Shown here: positions 46,390 through 56,943 of the stretch, piece by piece
How positions within the stretch are numbered: position 1 is the stretch's first letter
Layout: every line of letters starts with the position of its first letter
Assembly (NCBI GenBank): GCA_041501125.1
Contig: JBGQNO010000001.1
Coordinates: 37,981 to 101,980, forward strand
DNA: 64,000 bases
Reading direction: 5' to 3'
Origin: Candidatus Nanoarchaeia archaeon
GTDB lineage: Archaea > Nanobdellota > Nanobdellia > Pacearchaeales > GW2011-AR1
Program-made: the position numbers and the translations under genes
The notes under the pieces: model-generated
Told to the model about the DNA's origin: nothing
Databases searched by the model: none
The model's input: the letters and a program-made list of their open reading frames with translations, nothing else

Positions 46390-47745
46390 ATGGCAAAAGT
46401 TCTTTTGATACAGCCAAATTATGATATCAGCACACCGTATAGATGGCAGTCAGAAGCATGGATGCCGCTTGCCCTTGTCTCACTGGCAACTTATGTCAGA
46501 GACAAGAAAGGTCATGAAGTCAAAATTTATGACAGAAACTTGGACTATAACAATAACGGTTTTATTAGCATTTTAAGAAAATTTAATCCAGACATTGTTG
46601 GTTTAACATGTTATACATCACCTGCAATAAAGGATGTTATGCAGGTTTCTAAAATTACAAAGGAAAATTCCAAGGCAATAGTTCTTGTAGGTGGTCCGCA
46701 TGCCACGCTTGAGCCAAAGTCATTGCTTGATTATCAATACATTGATTATGTTGTTCGTGGCGAGGGCGAGCAGCCTCTTCTAGAAATCTGCGACCTTGTT
46801 GACAAGAAAAAAGCTGCAAAAAATAACATCTCAAAATTGAAAAACGTAAACTATAATGAAATGAGGCCCTTCATTAATCTTAACGATGTTCCTATAATGG
46901 ATTACGACCTGATTGATGTCAAAAGATACACAGTAACTACCTTTGCAACCAGCAGGGGCTGTCCGGGAAGATGCAGATTCTGCTACAACCAGGGAAGAAA
47001 GTTAAGATTCTATGATACTGCAAACACAATTGAGATGATGTCAAGAGTGATAAAAAAATACAGGATAAAAGAGTTTACAATAGCAGACGATAATTTTGCA
47101 AACATGAGCAAGAGAACTACGGACATATGCAATGCCTTGGCAAAATATAATTGCTCATTTTTCTGCTTTCTAAGAACTGACCAAGTCTATGACAAGGTAA
47201 TGTCTGAGTTAAAGAAAGCAGGTTGTCTTACAATTCAGTTTGGTTTTGAATCAGGCAGCCAAAGAATTCTTGATTTTATACGCAAAGACAATACAGTTGA
47301 GCAGAATGCAAAAGCTGTTGAGCAATGCAGGAAATACGGGATTTTTGTAGAAGGAAGCTTTATGATTGGACTGCCGACTGAAACAACCCAGGAACTTCAG
47401 CAAACAATCAGCTTCATAGAAAAAAATAAGCTCGATAATGTATTTACAAAAGTCTACAAGCCATATCCATCAACCGAACTTTATGATTATTGCATACAAA
47501 ACAAGCTGATGAAAAAGCCGGAAACACTTGAGCAGTGGATTGAATTCTCAAATCTTTCAGAAGGCAACATAAACGTGAGTGACATTCCCACACAGGTTTT
47601 GCTTAAGGCATTGCAAAGAACCAATAAACACGACGTATTAATGTACATTAAGAAAGGTTTGATAATGGTAAAAAGAGGAAACATCAGCTACGCATTATTG
47701 AGAGCCAAGCAACTGATAACTCAGCAACTTAAGAAATTCATTTAA
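46390..47745 (+). CDS. B12-binding (class B) radical SAM enzyme
   Basis: 451 aa. N-terminal cobalamin-binding-like domain. CxxxCxxC radical SAM cluster motif SRGCPGRCRFC. Confidence 0.8.
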   Translation: MAKVLLIQPNYDISTPYRWQSEAWMPLALVSLATYVRDKKGHEVKIYDRNLDYNNNGFISILRKFNPDIVGLTCYTSPAIKDVMQVSKITKENSKAIVLVGGPHATLEPKSLLDYQYIDYVVRGEGEQPLLEICDLVDKKKAAKNNISKLKNVNYNEMRPFINLNDVPIMDYDLIDVKRYTVTTFATSRGCPGRCRFCYNQGRKLRFYDTANTIEMMSRVIKKYRIKEFTIADDNFANMSKRTTDICNALAKYNCSFFCFLRTDQVYDKVMSELKKAGCLTIQFGFESGSQRILDFIRKDNTVEQNAKAVEQCRKYGIFVEGSFMIGLPTETTQELQQTISFIEKNKLDNVFTKVYKPYPSTELYDYCIQNKLMKKPETLEQWIEFSNLSEGNINVSDIPTQVLLKALQRTNKHDVLMYIKKGLIMVKRGNISYALLRAKQLITQQLKKFI

Positions 47746-48421
47746 ACTTTCTGGCTTTAATGACAAAGAATGAAGAGAAAATATTTGGACTAAGATTTGC
47801 CATCATCAGCCTAAGTCTATAGGGCAGCAAAAGATTTCCTGTCTTTGAAACCAGTCTTCTGGCAAATTCTTTTAGATTTCCAGTGTTGAGCGGCTCATTC
47901 CCATTAAATTTAGGCGAGTAATATGCATACACTATTTCAAACCCTTGACACTCAATCAGTCCTAATAGTTTTTCTTTTCTAAACCACTGCTTGTGGTGCG
48001 AGCCATCAGGCTTTACATTCGGCACGCTTATTATCACTTCACCGCCGATTTTCAAAATGCGTTTTATTTCACTGACAGTAAACTCAGGCCTGTCAAGATG
48101 CTCAAGGACCTCGCAACAATATACAGTATCAAATGAGCCATCCTTAAAAGGAAATTTCTTTTCGACATCACCTTTAACAACATCAAAATTAAATCTTTTC
48201 TTCGCGAATTCCAGTCCAGAATCTGAAATGTCAAACACTATTGCATTCTTGACACCAAGATACGCAAGCATTTGCCCATTCCCTCCACCAACATCAAGAA
48301 TCTTTTTCTTTTCTTTTGGCATTATTGACGTCCTGATTTTGTCATACGCCTTTTCATAATATCTTGTTCTTTTGCGTTCTTCAAACTGGTTTTGCCAATA
48401 GTCAGAGTAATCATATTTCAT
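47738..48421 (-). CDS. Class I SAM-dependent methyltransferase
   Basis: 227 aa. Motif I ILDVGGGNGQM, plus CCEVLEHL. Confidence 0.75.
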   Translation of the reverse strand: MKYDYSDYWQNQFEERKRTRYYEKAYDKIRTSIMPKEKKKILDVGGGNGQMLAYLGVKNAIVFDISDSGLEFAKKRFNFDVVKGDVEKKFPFKDGSFDTVYCCEVLEHLDRPEFTVSEIKRILKIGGEVIISVPNVKPDGSHHKQWFRKEKLLGLIECQGFEIVYAYYSPKFNGNEPLNTGNLKEFARRLVSKTGNLLLPYRLRLMMANLSPNIFSSFFVIKARKFK

Positions 48422-49364
48422 GTTTCAAAATCCTCTTGTAAAGGTCAAGATGCTTTCTGGCGACTTCTTCCCATGTTAATGTAATTTCTTTGCTTAATCT
48501 TGCTGCTCCTTTTCCTATCTCATTCCTCAACTTTTTGTCCTTAACAAGCTCTTTGATTCCTTTTGCAAGGTCATTGGTAAGATATGCAGTTTCCCTATGA
48601 GTCAAGAGATAACCAGGCCTGCCTTGAAAAGCAAGTATTGGTCGTCCAGCCCTTATGTACTCAAAGAATTTGAAGCTGCTGTCCTGGTCAGCTGGATTTA
48701 TCAGAATATCTGCTTGCTTCAAAACAGATGGAATTTCATCTGCAGGAATAAAACCCATGAAGTGAACATTTTTTCCAGCAGTCTTCTGGAATTCAGGATT
48801 CGGTTTTCCGAATAAGTATAGCTCACAATCCAAGCCCTGAACAGCATCTATCATCTTGTCCGTCTGCTTGTATCTTGACTGGTCACCAATGTAAACAACT
48901 TTAACTTTTCCTTTAAGTCTTATTTCAGTTAGCTTGACATTTGGCTGAACTCCATGTGGAATAAACTCTACTTTCTTGCCAAGAATCCCAGCCTTTACTT
49001 GATTATATTTGCTCATTGTCGTTATGTAGTCAGAATTAAGAATTGCAAACATCTCAAGATAGCTAGGCAAAGCTCCCCATTTCTTACCCATCTGCTCCGC
49101 ATAATAATCATCCCACATATGCACAATCGGCGTTCTTAGCAAGCCAATTTTCTTGAAGAATGATGGAATAAAGCCAGCAATTCCTGTAGCTACAACAATA
49201 TCTGGCTTAAATCTAAGATACTCAATATAAAACTTCCAGAAACTTCTTTTTGTTATCACGCGAACTTCATTGCCAAATTTTCTGAAAAAATACACGTCAG
49301 ATGTCAAACCCCATGGAACCTTGTCATATGTGTCCAGGTCAACTGCTACGAATAGGATTTTCAT
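48411..49364 (-). CDS. Glycosyltransferase (GT-B fold, GT1/GT4-like)
   Basis: 317 aa. C-terminal donor-binding region FMGFIP...ADILINPA...FEYIRAGRPILA. Confidence 0.5.
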   Translation of the reverse strand: MKILFVAVDLDTYDKVPWGLTSDVYFFRKFGNEVRVITKRSFWKFYIEYLRFKPDIVVATGIAGFIPSFFKKIGLLRTPIVHMWDDYYAEQMGKKWGALPSYLEMFAILNSDYITTMSKYNQVKAGILGKKVEFIPHGVQPNVKLTEIRLKGKVKVVYIGDQSRYKQTDKMIDAVQGLDCELYLFGKPNPEFQKTAGKNVHFMGFIPADEIPSVLKQADILINPADQDSSFKFFEYIRAGRPILAFQGRPGYLLTHRETAYLTNDLAKGIKELVKDKKLRNEIGKGAARLSKEITLTWEEVARKHLDLYKRILKHEI

Positions 49365-49400
49365 GTTTTGATTTACTTCTAGTGATATATAAAATTTTGT

Positions 49401-50015
49401 TTACTTGATTTTCTTGGCGACAATGTGGAAACTCCAGTAAGCATCCCGGCTTGGATTAAACTCTAATATTTTCATTCCATTTTCATTCAAAAATTTGTTG
49501 ACAACTTCATACGTAGGAATCCATTTGTGATTGTCGCTTACCCACGGGCCATTTGCATTCCACAGTTTCATAGATTTATGAGGAATGTAAAGGAATAATA
49601 TCCCGCCAGTTTTAAGTTTGCTTATCCACAGTTCAAGCGCTTCTTGCCACCTGTCAAGATGCTCAAGGCAATGGGAACTGAACACATAGTCTAAACTTCC
49701 ATCTTTGAAGTTGTCAAGCTTGTAGGCATTTTGTCTAGGTTCATTCTCAATTGGAACTGCTCCAGGAAACGGGAATCTTCCAGCACCAACATCAATTCCT
49801 TTTCCCTTGCAGAAATCTTTTGCCCTATTAAGTATAAATGCCATTGCATTGCTTTTGTTTAAATATTCTGGATATAGTTCGCCCTGATATTTGTAAAAAA
49901 CCTTTCCATTTATCTCAATTCGCTTGATTTGGCGCCTTCTCCACGCATTTAACAAGAAATAAAATACCTTTTTTGGGCTTGCTATGAAGCTTTTGAGTTT
50001 TGATGACAGTTCCAT
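49401..50015 (-). CDS. SAM-dependent methyltransferase
   Basis: 204 aa. GIDVGAGRFPF motif I, plus FSSHCLEHL. Confidence 0.6.
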   Translation of the reverse strand: MELSSKLKSFIASPKKVFYFLLNAWRRRQIKRIEINGKVFYKYQGELYPEYLNKSNAMAFILNRAKDFCKGKGIDVGAGRFPFPGAVPIENEPRQNAYKLDNFKDGSLDYVFSSHCLEHLDRWQEALELWISKLKTGGILFLYIPHKSMKLWNANGPWVSDNHKWIPTYEVVNKFLNENGMKILEFNPSRDAYWSFHIVAKKIK

Positions 50016-50096
50016 TTTAGTGTTTTCTTATAACGCCTGAACTCTTAAAAACCTTTCTGAAATAAACTTTTTAAACAACTTCATACTGTCTAGCCT

Positions 50097-51161
50097 ATGG
50101 CATTTAGCAGCATCAAAAACATATTCACTTCGCATCAGAAGGAAGCAGTCAAAAATATATTGAGAGATTTTGTTTATTACACCTGGAAGTTCCTTAGCCC
50201 CTACAAACAAATACTTGATTCTAAAGACATTAAACATGTGCTTGTGGTAAACAAAGGTGTAATCGGTGACTTGCTTGTTATAACACCGATGATAAAAGCG
50301 CTTGCTAAAAAATACCAGAAAGTAGACATTCTTATGCGGCAGGACATGGCAGAGATATTATCTGGAAATTCCAACATAAACAAACTCATGTTCTACACTA
50401 ATTTTGATGACGTGCTTAAGCAGATTAAAGGCAAATATCAGCTGGCTATACTCTTTAATCCGCCAACCTATGAGATGAAGAATCTATGCAGGCAAGCAGG
50501 CATAAAATACATTGTAGGAAACAGTTTTTCATACTCCTTGTCTGATTTTCTCTTAACAGCCAGAACACGAGAAAATTCCAATGAACATTTTGTCCAGAAA
50601 GCACTGGACCAAGCAAGGCTTGCTAATGCAGACATCAAAAACCCAAAAACAGAATTCTTTTTCTCAAAAAAAGATGAGGCATACGTTGAAGATATGCTGA
50701 AATCAAATAAGATTAAAGACTTTGTAGCTGTTCATGCAGGCAAGCGCGGCAATATTAAAGACCCAAATACAAAAAGATTCTTCTGGCCTTCAGAGAGATT
50801 TGCCCAGGTTATTGATTACATTGTCCAAAAATATAAACTTCCAGTTATTCTTACAGGCTCAAGCATGGAAAAAGAAAGAAACGAAGAAATAATGTCTCTT
50901 GTAAAATCAAAAAATGTTTTTAATTTCTGTGAAAAAACAACTCTTAAACAATGGGCGTGTTTGCTGAAGAAAGCCAAGCTTCTTGTAAGCCTGAATACAG
51001 GTGCAACACATATCGCAGCCGCTATGAACACTAAAACAATTGTAATAAATGAAGAATTTCCAGAACTCTGGCATCCATGGCTTCCAGAATCAAGATATAG
51101 AACTTTGCCTTATCCATCAATTGAGCAAGCCAAGGAAGCAATTGATGAGATGTTAGATTAA
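50097..51161 (+). CDS. Glycosyltransferase family 9 (heptosyltransferase-family)
   Basis: 354 aa. GDLLVITPMIKALAKKY N-terminal pattern and C-terminal LVSLNTGATHIAAAMNTKTIVI GT9 signature. Confidence 0.7.
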   Translation: MAFSSIKNIFTSHQKEAVKNILRDFVYYTWKFLSPYKQILDSKDIKHVLVVNKGVIGDLLVITPMIKALAKKYQKVDILMRQDMAEILSGNSNINKLMFYTNFDDVLKQIKGKYQLAILFNPPTYEMKNLCRQAGIKYIVGNSFSYSLSDFLLTARTRENSNEHFVQKALDQARLANADIKNPKTEFFFSKKDEAYVEDMLKSNKIKDFVAVHAGKRGNIKDPNTKRFFWPSERFAQVIDYIVQKYKLPVILTGSSMEKERNEEIMSLVKSKNVFNFCEKTTLKQWACLLKKAKLLVSLNTGATHIAAAMNTKTIVINEEFPELWHPWLPESRYRTLPYPSIEQAKEAIDEMLD

Positions 51162-51165
51162 CATC

Positions 51166-52274
51166 TTAAATGAAATCTAAGCCACAATAACAATTCTTGC
51201 ATACAGGCAACATCTTGTCTATAAAAGCATTTTTTCTAAATTCTTTAAATTTCTTAGAGTTCCATATGTTATCAATATTATCAGTTAGAATATTTCCCAT
51301 ATTCATTCTAATAAAACCACATGGAATTATGTCACCATTATAGTCCAAAAAAAGCATGTTTCTTGCCGTGCAGATTAGTCTCTTTGACCTTAAACTGAAT
51401 ACATTGTAATTAGACGATTCTTTTAAAATAGGGTTAATCTCAATCCGGGCATCAATATTTTTCATTCTTTTGTATGTTTCAAAAAACTCTTTTATACTAA
51501 TATTATCACTTTGCATACAAGTCGATATCATCCCCCCCCCCCGTCAATAATTTTTAATGTATCTTCAATTTGCCCACTTTTCATATTTTGAATAGGATAA
51601 GTTAACCCAAATGATTTTGTCCCTAGGTCCTTGCACAATTTAATAACTTTTTCTGCATCATGAATGTTCTCTTTTTGCAAAACAAAATTAATACCCACAT
51701 CAAAATTTTTAGTCAAAATTTTTATAGTCTTTACTGTTTTGTTAAAAGCCCCGATTCTTCCACGGATTTTGTCGTGAGACTCTTGTAGTCCATCTAAGGA
51801 TATTGAGACGCCGGTAATCGGATAGTTCTTTAATTTCTCTGCAATATTTTCATTGATAAGAGTACCATTGGTTCCAAATTCTATGTTCATTTGATTGTCT
51901 TTTATACAGTCAAGAATTTGAAACAAATCATCTCTCAGAAGGATTTCACCACCAGTTAAACAAATCTTTTTGATGCCAAACTTCTTTAAAGAGAATATAG
52001 CCTTCTCAATCTCTTTTGAAGACAACTCATCTGCATGCAGTTTATTCAGATTTTTAGCTCTGAACTCTTTTTGATGGCACATCTGGCAATTTAGATTACA
52101 TCTCATAGTAAGAAAAATTAGAGCATTTTTTGGCTTAGGAAAGTCTGCCATATTCTTAATCCTTGAATAATCTACTCTTTTCTTTAATTTTGAATATGCT
52201 CTTATTATATACTCGCCAAAGATGTTACTATCTAATGATTTTATAAGTTTTTCTTTCAAAAGTTTAAAGTTCAT
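51166..52274 (-). pseudogene. Radical SAM enzyme with C-terminal SPASM domain, split by a frameshift inside an 11-nt poly-G/C tract
   Basis: Upstream part 51528-52274: CNLNCQMC radical SAM motif, ends ...IIDGGGG then TGA. Downstream part 51166-51531: SPASM Cys motifs CTARNM...CGF...CKNCYCG. A +1 G (12 G) would fuse the frames. Confidence 0.75.
51532..51542. repeat. Homopolymeric C(11) tract (G(11) on the coding strand) at the frameshift site
   Basis: Read directly: tccccccccccccg spanning 51532-51542. Confidence 0.9.
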
Positions 52275-53089
52275 TTTGTAATCTCTATCCTCTTTGCGTA
52301 AAGAACATTCAGCCCGTTATTTCCAGGATACAGCATCCTGACATCAAACCCGTTTTTCTCAAGAAAGTTTTTCATTGTCTGCACATCTCTTTTCTCGTCA
52401 AGAGCATGAACTTCCATGCTTATCTTGTCAATCCTTTTAAGAAGTTCTGGAGCAGAGAAAAGAATTTCATATTCTGCTCCTTCGCAGTCGCATTTAAGAA
52501 AATTTATCCTGTCTATTTTGTTCATCGCAAAAACATCCTTCAATGAAATTGTCTTTATCGAAAATTTCTGCCTGTTCTCGCCGCCTGTTATGTAAAATGA
52601 ATGCCCTCCGGTGTTTATGCCAGAAACCATTATGTCTTTGTTGCCAGTCTTGTCAGAAACACCAGCATTATATGCAACAACATTCTTCAAATTATTCAGT
52701 TTTGCATTATCCTTAAGCCTGTCAAAATTCTCCTTTACAGGCTCAAATGCATAAACTTTTCCTTCAGAAGCTTTTGATGCAGCATAAACAGTAAAAACTC
52801 CAACATTTGCGCCTATATCCATGATAATGTCATTTTTGTTGATTTCAAATCCCTCTGGATTATACTCTTCATATACCCAAATTTCATTTATCATATTCCT
52901 CTCAAAACTGTCAGACTTTATCAGCAACTGAATGCCATTCCTGAACTTATAGACTAAGTTTGTATCTTTGTATTTGCCAAGAAAATCTTTGAAATATGTG
53001 GGCCAATTTTTTATTAGCTTGATAATCTTGAATCCAGCAGCTATCTGCTTGAGTCCTATTTTAGTGTCGCGATTCCTGCTTAATTTCAT
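52271..53089 (-). CDS. FkbM-family SAM-dependent methyltransferase
   Basis: 272 aa. MDIGANVGVFTVYAAS motif typical of Methyltransf_21/FkbM. Confidence 0.65.
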   Translation of the reverse strand: MKLSRNRDTKIGLKQIAAGFKIIKLIKNWPTYFKDFLGKYKDTNLVYKFRNGIQLLIKSDSFERNMINEIWVYEEYNPEGFEINKNDIIMDIGANVGVFTVYAASKASEGKVYAFEPVKENFDRLKDNAKLNNLKNVVAYNAGVSDKTGNKDIMVSGINTGGHSFYITGGENRQKFSIKTISLKDVFAMNKIDRINFLKCDCEGAEYEILFSAPELLKRIDKISMEVHALDEKRDVQTMKNFLEKNGFDVRMLYPGNNGLNVLYAKRIEITK

Positions 53090-54174
53090 TTTTCACTCAA
53101 ATTAGCGTCTTTTATTAACTTTTCCAATTTAGGCAGAAGAATCTTCCAGTCAAACCTTTTGACATTTTTTCTTGCTTCTTTGCCCATTTTTATTGCAAGT
53201 TTCTTGTTGTCAGCCAAGAAATCAATAGTCTCAGCTATGCTCTCAGGCCTGACTCCATCCAGAAGAAAACCTGTTTTTCCATTTATTACGCTCTCGCGTA
53301 ATCCACCCTCGTTTTCACCGATTATAACTTTTCCAGAAGCTCCTGCTTCCAGAGGCACAAGCCCCCAGTCTTCATTAATGCATATGCTTATCACTCCAAG
53401 GCAATTTGCATACAATCTGGCAAGTTCCTTGTCAGACACGTTTCCAAGAAATTTAACATTGGAATAATTTTTGCACAACTCAACTATTTTGTCCTTGTCA
53501 GGCCCATCACCTACAACATAAAGCTCAATGTCTTTGTTCTTTACAAGCCCCATGCTTTTGATTGCAATATCCACTCGTTTGGCAGGAACAAATCTTCCAA
53601 CAGACAGGATATAATTTTGATAGCTTTTTGGCTTGTAGTCATTATAATTTATTCCATGATAGACTACTTGTGCATCTCGTCCATAATACTTTTTCACTCT
53701 CTCACGTACATTTATGCTGTTAGTTGCTATTGTCTTTATGTTCTGGGCAGCCAGTTTGTCAAGTCCCTGAAAAAGAAGCTTTTTCAGCACCAAGGATATT
53801 TTTCCCAGGAAGCTGGCATTATTCCAGTAATATCTTCGCAAATCATAAAAATCTCTTTTTGGAGAATAACAAACCCAGAATACATTGTCATTTCTTAAAC
53901 TTGCAAAATTTGTCGGCCAGTCATTTGCAATAACAACATCAAATCCATCAAATTTCTTGAACCAAAACACAAATGGCGAGAAGATTTTTGACTTTAGCCC
54001 AAGAAGATTTATCTTCAGTTTCTTGAAACCAGGATATGCTGTTTCGGAATTGTATCTCTGGGTAAAGATTTCAACTTCATGCCCTCTTTTCTGCAGGTAA
54101 AGTGCGTAGGTTTCTATAACTCTCTGGGCACCGCCAATTCCCTCAATATAAGGCTGGAGTATTGCTATCTTCAT
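53086..54174 (-). CDS. Glycosyltransferase family 4 (GT-B)
   Basis: 362 aa. E-x7-E motif region GENEGGLRESVINGKTGFL. Confidence 0.75.
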   Translation of the reverse strand: MKIAILQPYIEGIGGAQRVIETYALYLQKRGHEVEIFTQRYNSETAYPGFKKLKINLLGLKSKIFSPFVFWFKKFDGFDVVIANDWPTNFASLRNDNVFWVCYSPKRDFYDLRRYYWNNASFLGKISLVLKKLLFQGLDKLAAQNIKTIATNSINVRERVKKYYGRDAQVVYHGINYNDYKPKSYQNYILSVGRFVPAKRVDIAIKSMGLVKNKDIELYVVGDGPDKDKIVELCKNYSNVKFLGNVSDKELARLYANCLGVISICINEDWGLVPLEAGASGKVIIGENEGGLRESVINGKTGFLLDGVRPESIAETIDFLADNKKLAIKMGKEARKNVKRFDWKILLPKLEKLIKDANLSEK

Positions 54175-54232
54175 ACATTTTTTAGAATGGTTATATATTT
54201 AAATTCGTTTCTTTATCATAAAATGCCTGAAA

Positions 54233-55369
54233 ATGGAAAGTTTTGCAACGAATTTAGCGACATTGTTTAGAAGACTTGGTGTAATGGCAGATTATATAGC
54301 CTGGCTTCTGCTTGACCCAAGCAAATTTACTATAATAAAAAAAGAAAAAATCAAAAAAGTCTTGGTTATTCATCTGGGTGCTATTGGAGAAGTCATTATC
54401 TCAACCCCGATTATTCCTGCTTTGAAAAAATCATTGAAAGCACAAATAGTATACATGGTTTCCCCTGGCAAGGAAGTTCTTTTTGAAAATAATCCTTATA
54501 TAGACAAGGTTTTGACTTATCAGGACAATTTCTGGAAAAATATTGATGCCTTGAAAAAAGAAAAATTTGACATTGTGTTTATTATTTATCCAAGCTCCCA
54601 GAAACTGGCTCTTGAATGTCTTTTAGCTGGAATAAAATACAGGATTGGAGGATTTAAGGCAGTAAAATCTCCACTTAACCTGCTTCTGACAAGAAAAATG
54701 CTTGACTTCAGGAAAAAACACGCTGTTCACTGCAATCTTGATGTTATAAGAACTATAGGCATTGACAACAAAAATCCAGAGCTTGAACTGCATATTCCAG
54801 ACATTTACAACAGGAAAATCAATAATCTGCTGAAACAGCTTAAGATAAAAGAATTTGTAATTATCCATCAGGGTTCAAGTTTCCTGGGCAAATTGAAATA
54901 TCCGTCAAGGCTTTGGCCATTGGACAGATATGCAAAAGTTGCAGACTTTATTTCTAAAAATTATAATGTCAAAATCCTGATTACAGGCGCTCCTGGAGAA
55001 ACGCCATTTACAAACGAATTAATAAAGCAAATAAAAGATAAAAGAAATGTCATTAACCTTTCAGAGAAGCTGAATCTTGGAGATATGATGGCTCTTGTTT
55101 CCAGGGCAAAACTATTGATTGCACCAAGCACAGGCATTGCTCATATTGCAGCAGCCTTAGGAACTCCGATGGTTCATTTGTCAGGTCCGGACGGTTATCA
55201 CTGGCAGCCATGGGCCAAGAAAGGCAAGTGCATTGCAATACAGCACCTTGAAGTATGCACAGGATGCAACACTATAATCTGCAGAAAGAAAAATACAGAA
55301 TGTTTAAAAGCCATAACTGTCAGCGATGTAACCCAGGCAGCAAAGCATTTCCTGGGGAAAATTAAGTAA
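54233..55369 (+). CDS. Glycosyltransferase family 9 (heptosyltransferase-family), second copy
   Basis: 378 aa. LIAPSTGIAHIAAALGTPMVHLSGP GT9 signature. KKVLVIHLGAIGEVIISTP N-terminus. Confidence 0.75.
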   Translation: MESFATNLATLFRRLGVMADYIAWLLLDPSKFTIIKKEKIKKVLVIHLGAIGEVIISTPIIPALKKSLKAQIVYMVSPGKEVLFENNPYIDKVLTYQDNFWKNIDALKKEKFDIVFIIYPSSQKLALECLLAGIKYRIGGFKAVKSPLNLLLTRKMLDFRKKHAVHCNLDVIRTIGIDNKNPELELHIPDIYNRKINNLLKQLKIKEFVIIHQGSSFLGKLKYPSRLWPLDRYAKVADFISKNYNVKILITGAPGETPFTNELIKQIKDKRNVINLSEKLNLGDMMALVSRAKLLIAPSTGIAHIAAALGTPMVHLSGPDGYHWQPWAKKGKCIAIQHLEVCTGCNTIICRKKNTECLKAITVSDVTQAAKHFLGKIK

Positions 55370-55415
55370 TTCTTGATTACAATAATCTTTATAAATTTCC
55401 AGCGTAAGCTAGAGT

Positions 55416-56906
55416 ATGGCTAAGAAAATTCTTTTGGGCGCAGAATATTCAGTTTTAGAGCCCCTGGCATTGTTCTATCTTTCAGCAGTCGCCAAATCTG
55501 AAGGAGTTGAGTCTAAAATTGTTTTTGGCAGAGGCCCTCAATATCCAGAATGGAGAGAAGCTTTAAGCACATTCCAGCCTGATTTTCTAGGACTAAGTGT
55601 CTATACCGGACACCATGCTGCAATCAAAAAATTCTTAAAAGACGTCGTCAAGCCAAAATATCCAACTCTTGAAGTAATTGTTGGAGGCCCTCATGCAACC
55701 TTCTTTCCAAGACAGGTTTTAGATTTTGCAGATTACGTTGTTGTAGGAGAGGGATTTGGTTCATTAAGAAAAATTTTGAAAGGTGAAGCTCCAAAAGGGA
55801 TACTTCTCCCACTGGATAAGGAACAGTTTCCAAAGTCTGACAGGGATGATTTTTACAAAGAATACCCGGAGCATCTTAAAAATAGAATCAAGAATGTTAT
55901 AGCTGGAACAGGCTGCCCATACATGTGTTCATATTGTTATAATAGTGCAAATTTTGACGAAAATCCTGACTTTGATGAATCACAGAAAAAACTTTTGCTT
56001 GAAAAATATCCTCATAAAAGGTTCTTTCCCTTGGAGCAAAGGCCTGTTCAGGATTTTGTTGATGAAATTTCAGATGTCCTCAGATTATCTCCTGAGACAG
56101 AATTTTTTTATTTCCAGGATGATGTTTTTGGCAGTAACCTGGACTGGCTGAAAGAATTTGTTTCCAAAGCTTCTATAATGGACATATCTTTCCATGCAAA
56201 TACACGATTTGAACATATTGACCCAAGAAAGGATTCTGGAAAAGAAAGAATTGACTTGCTGAAAAAAGCAGGCTGTACAGGGTTTTCAATAGCTATAGAA
56301 TCAGCAGACCCTATTATTTGCAGGGAAGTTTTGTCAAGAAATCTCGACCATGATTTAGTATTTGCTTCAATGAATTATCTTCATGAGCACGGATTCAAAG
56401 TCAGAACCAATAATATGCTTGGACTGCCGCTTGGAGCAACTATGAATCCGACAAAAGTCAATCTTGAAGCAGACCTGGAAACTCTTGAGCTGAATGTCAA
56501 GTTATACAAAGAATTTGGCATTCCAACTTTCGCATGGGCTTCTACACTTGCACCTTATCCAGGAACGCATATTGACAGATACTGCAAAGAGCATGGTTTC
56601 TATGAGAATGTCTTTACAGATTTAACAGGAGAAGAAACCTACAGGATTAAAAGTGTTCTAAGGCATCCAAGAAAATGGGTTGGCTCGGAATTATCATCAA
56701 AAACACCTGAGGTATGGCTGTCCAATTATGAAGAGGAAATGTACAGGAATCAGATTAATACTTTAATGAACTTATTTCCGACTTTTGCGAAAATTCCTGA
56801 TGGGCATAAACTTGCCCGGGAATTTTTAGAACACGATAATCTTAATTTTGAAGTTCTTAATAAAGCATTCAGAACGCATGTATACAATAAAGAACTCTTT
56901 TTATAA
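55416..56906 (+). CDS. B12-binding (class B) radical SAM enzyme
   Basis: 496 aa. N-terminal B12-binding-like fold. Cluster motif GTGCPYMCSYCYN. Confidence 0.75.
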   Translation: MAKKILLGAEYSVLEPLALFYLSAVAKSEGVESKIVFGRGPQYPEWREALSTFQPDFLGLSVYTGHHAAIKKFLKDVVKPKYPTLEVIVGGPHATFFPRQVLDFADYVVVGEGFGSLRKILKGEAPKGILLPLDKEQFPKSDRDDFYKEYPEHLKNRIKNVIAGTGCPYMCSYCYNSANFDENPDFDESQKKLLLEKYPHKRFFPLEQRPVQDFVDEISDVLRLSPETEFFYFQDDVFGSNLDWLKEFVSKASIMDISFHANTRFEHIDPRKDSGKERIDLLKKAGCTGFSIAIESADPIICREVLSRNLDHDLVFASMNYLHEHGFKVRTNNMLGLPLGATMNPTKVNLEADLETLELNVKLYKEFGIPTFAWASTLAPYPGTHIDRYCKEHGFYENVFTDLTGEETYRIKSVLRHPRKWVGSELSSKTPEVWLSNYEEEMYRNQINTLMNLFPTFAKIPDGHKLAREFLEHDNLNFEVLNKAFRTHVYNKELFL

Positions 56907-56943
56907 AATAAGGCTTATAAAGTCAAAAGTAACTTCTTAACTA

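Noticed and set aside
50028-50237. 69-aa minus-strand ORF overlapping the start of the GT9 gene
   Set aside because: Overlaps a well-supported GT9 CDS and has no features. Likely spurious.
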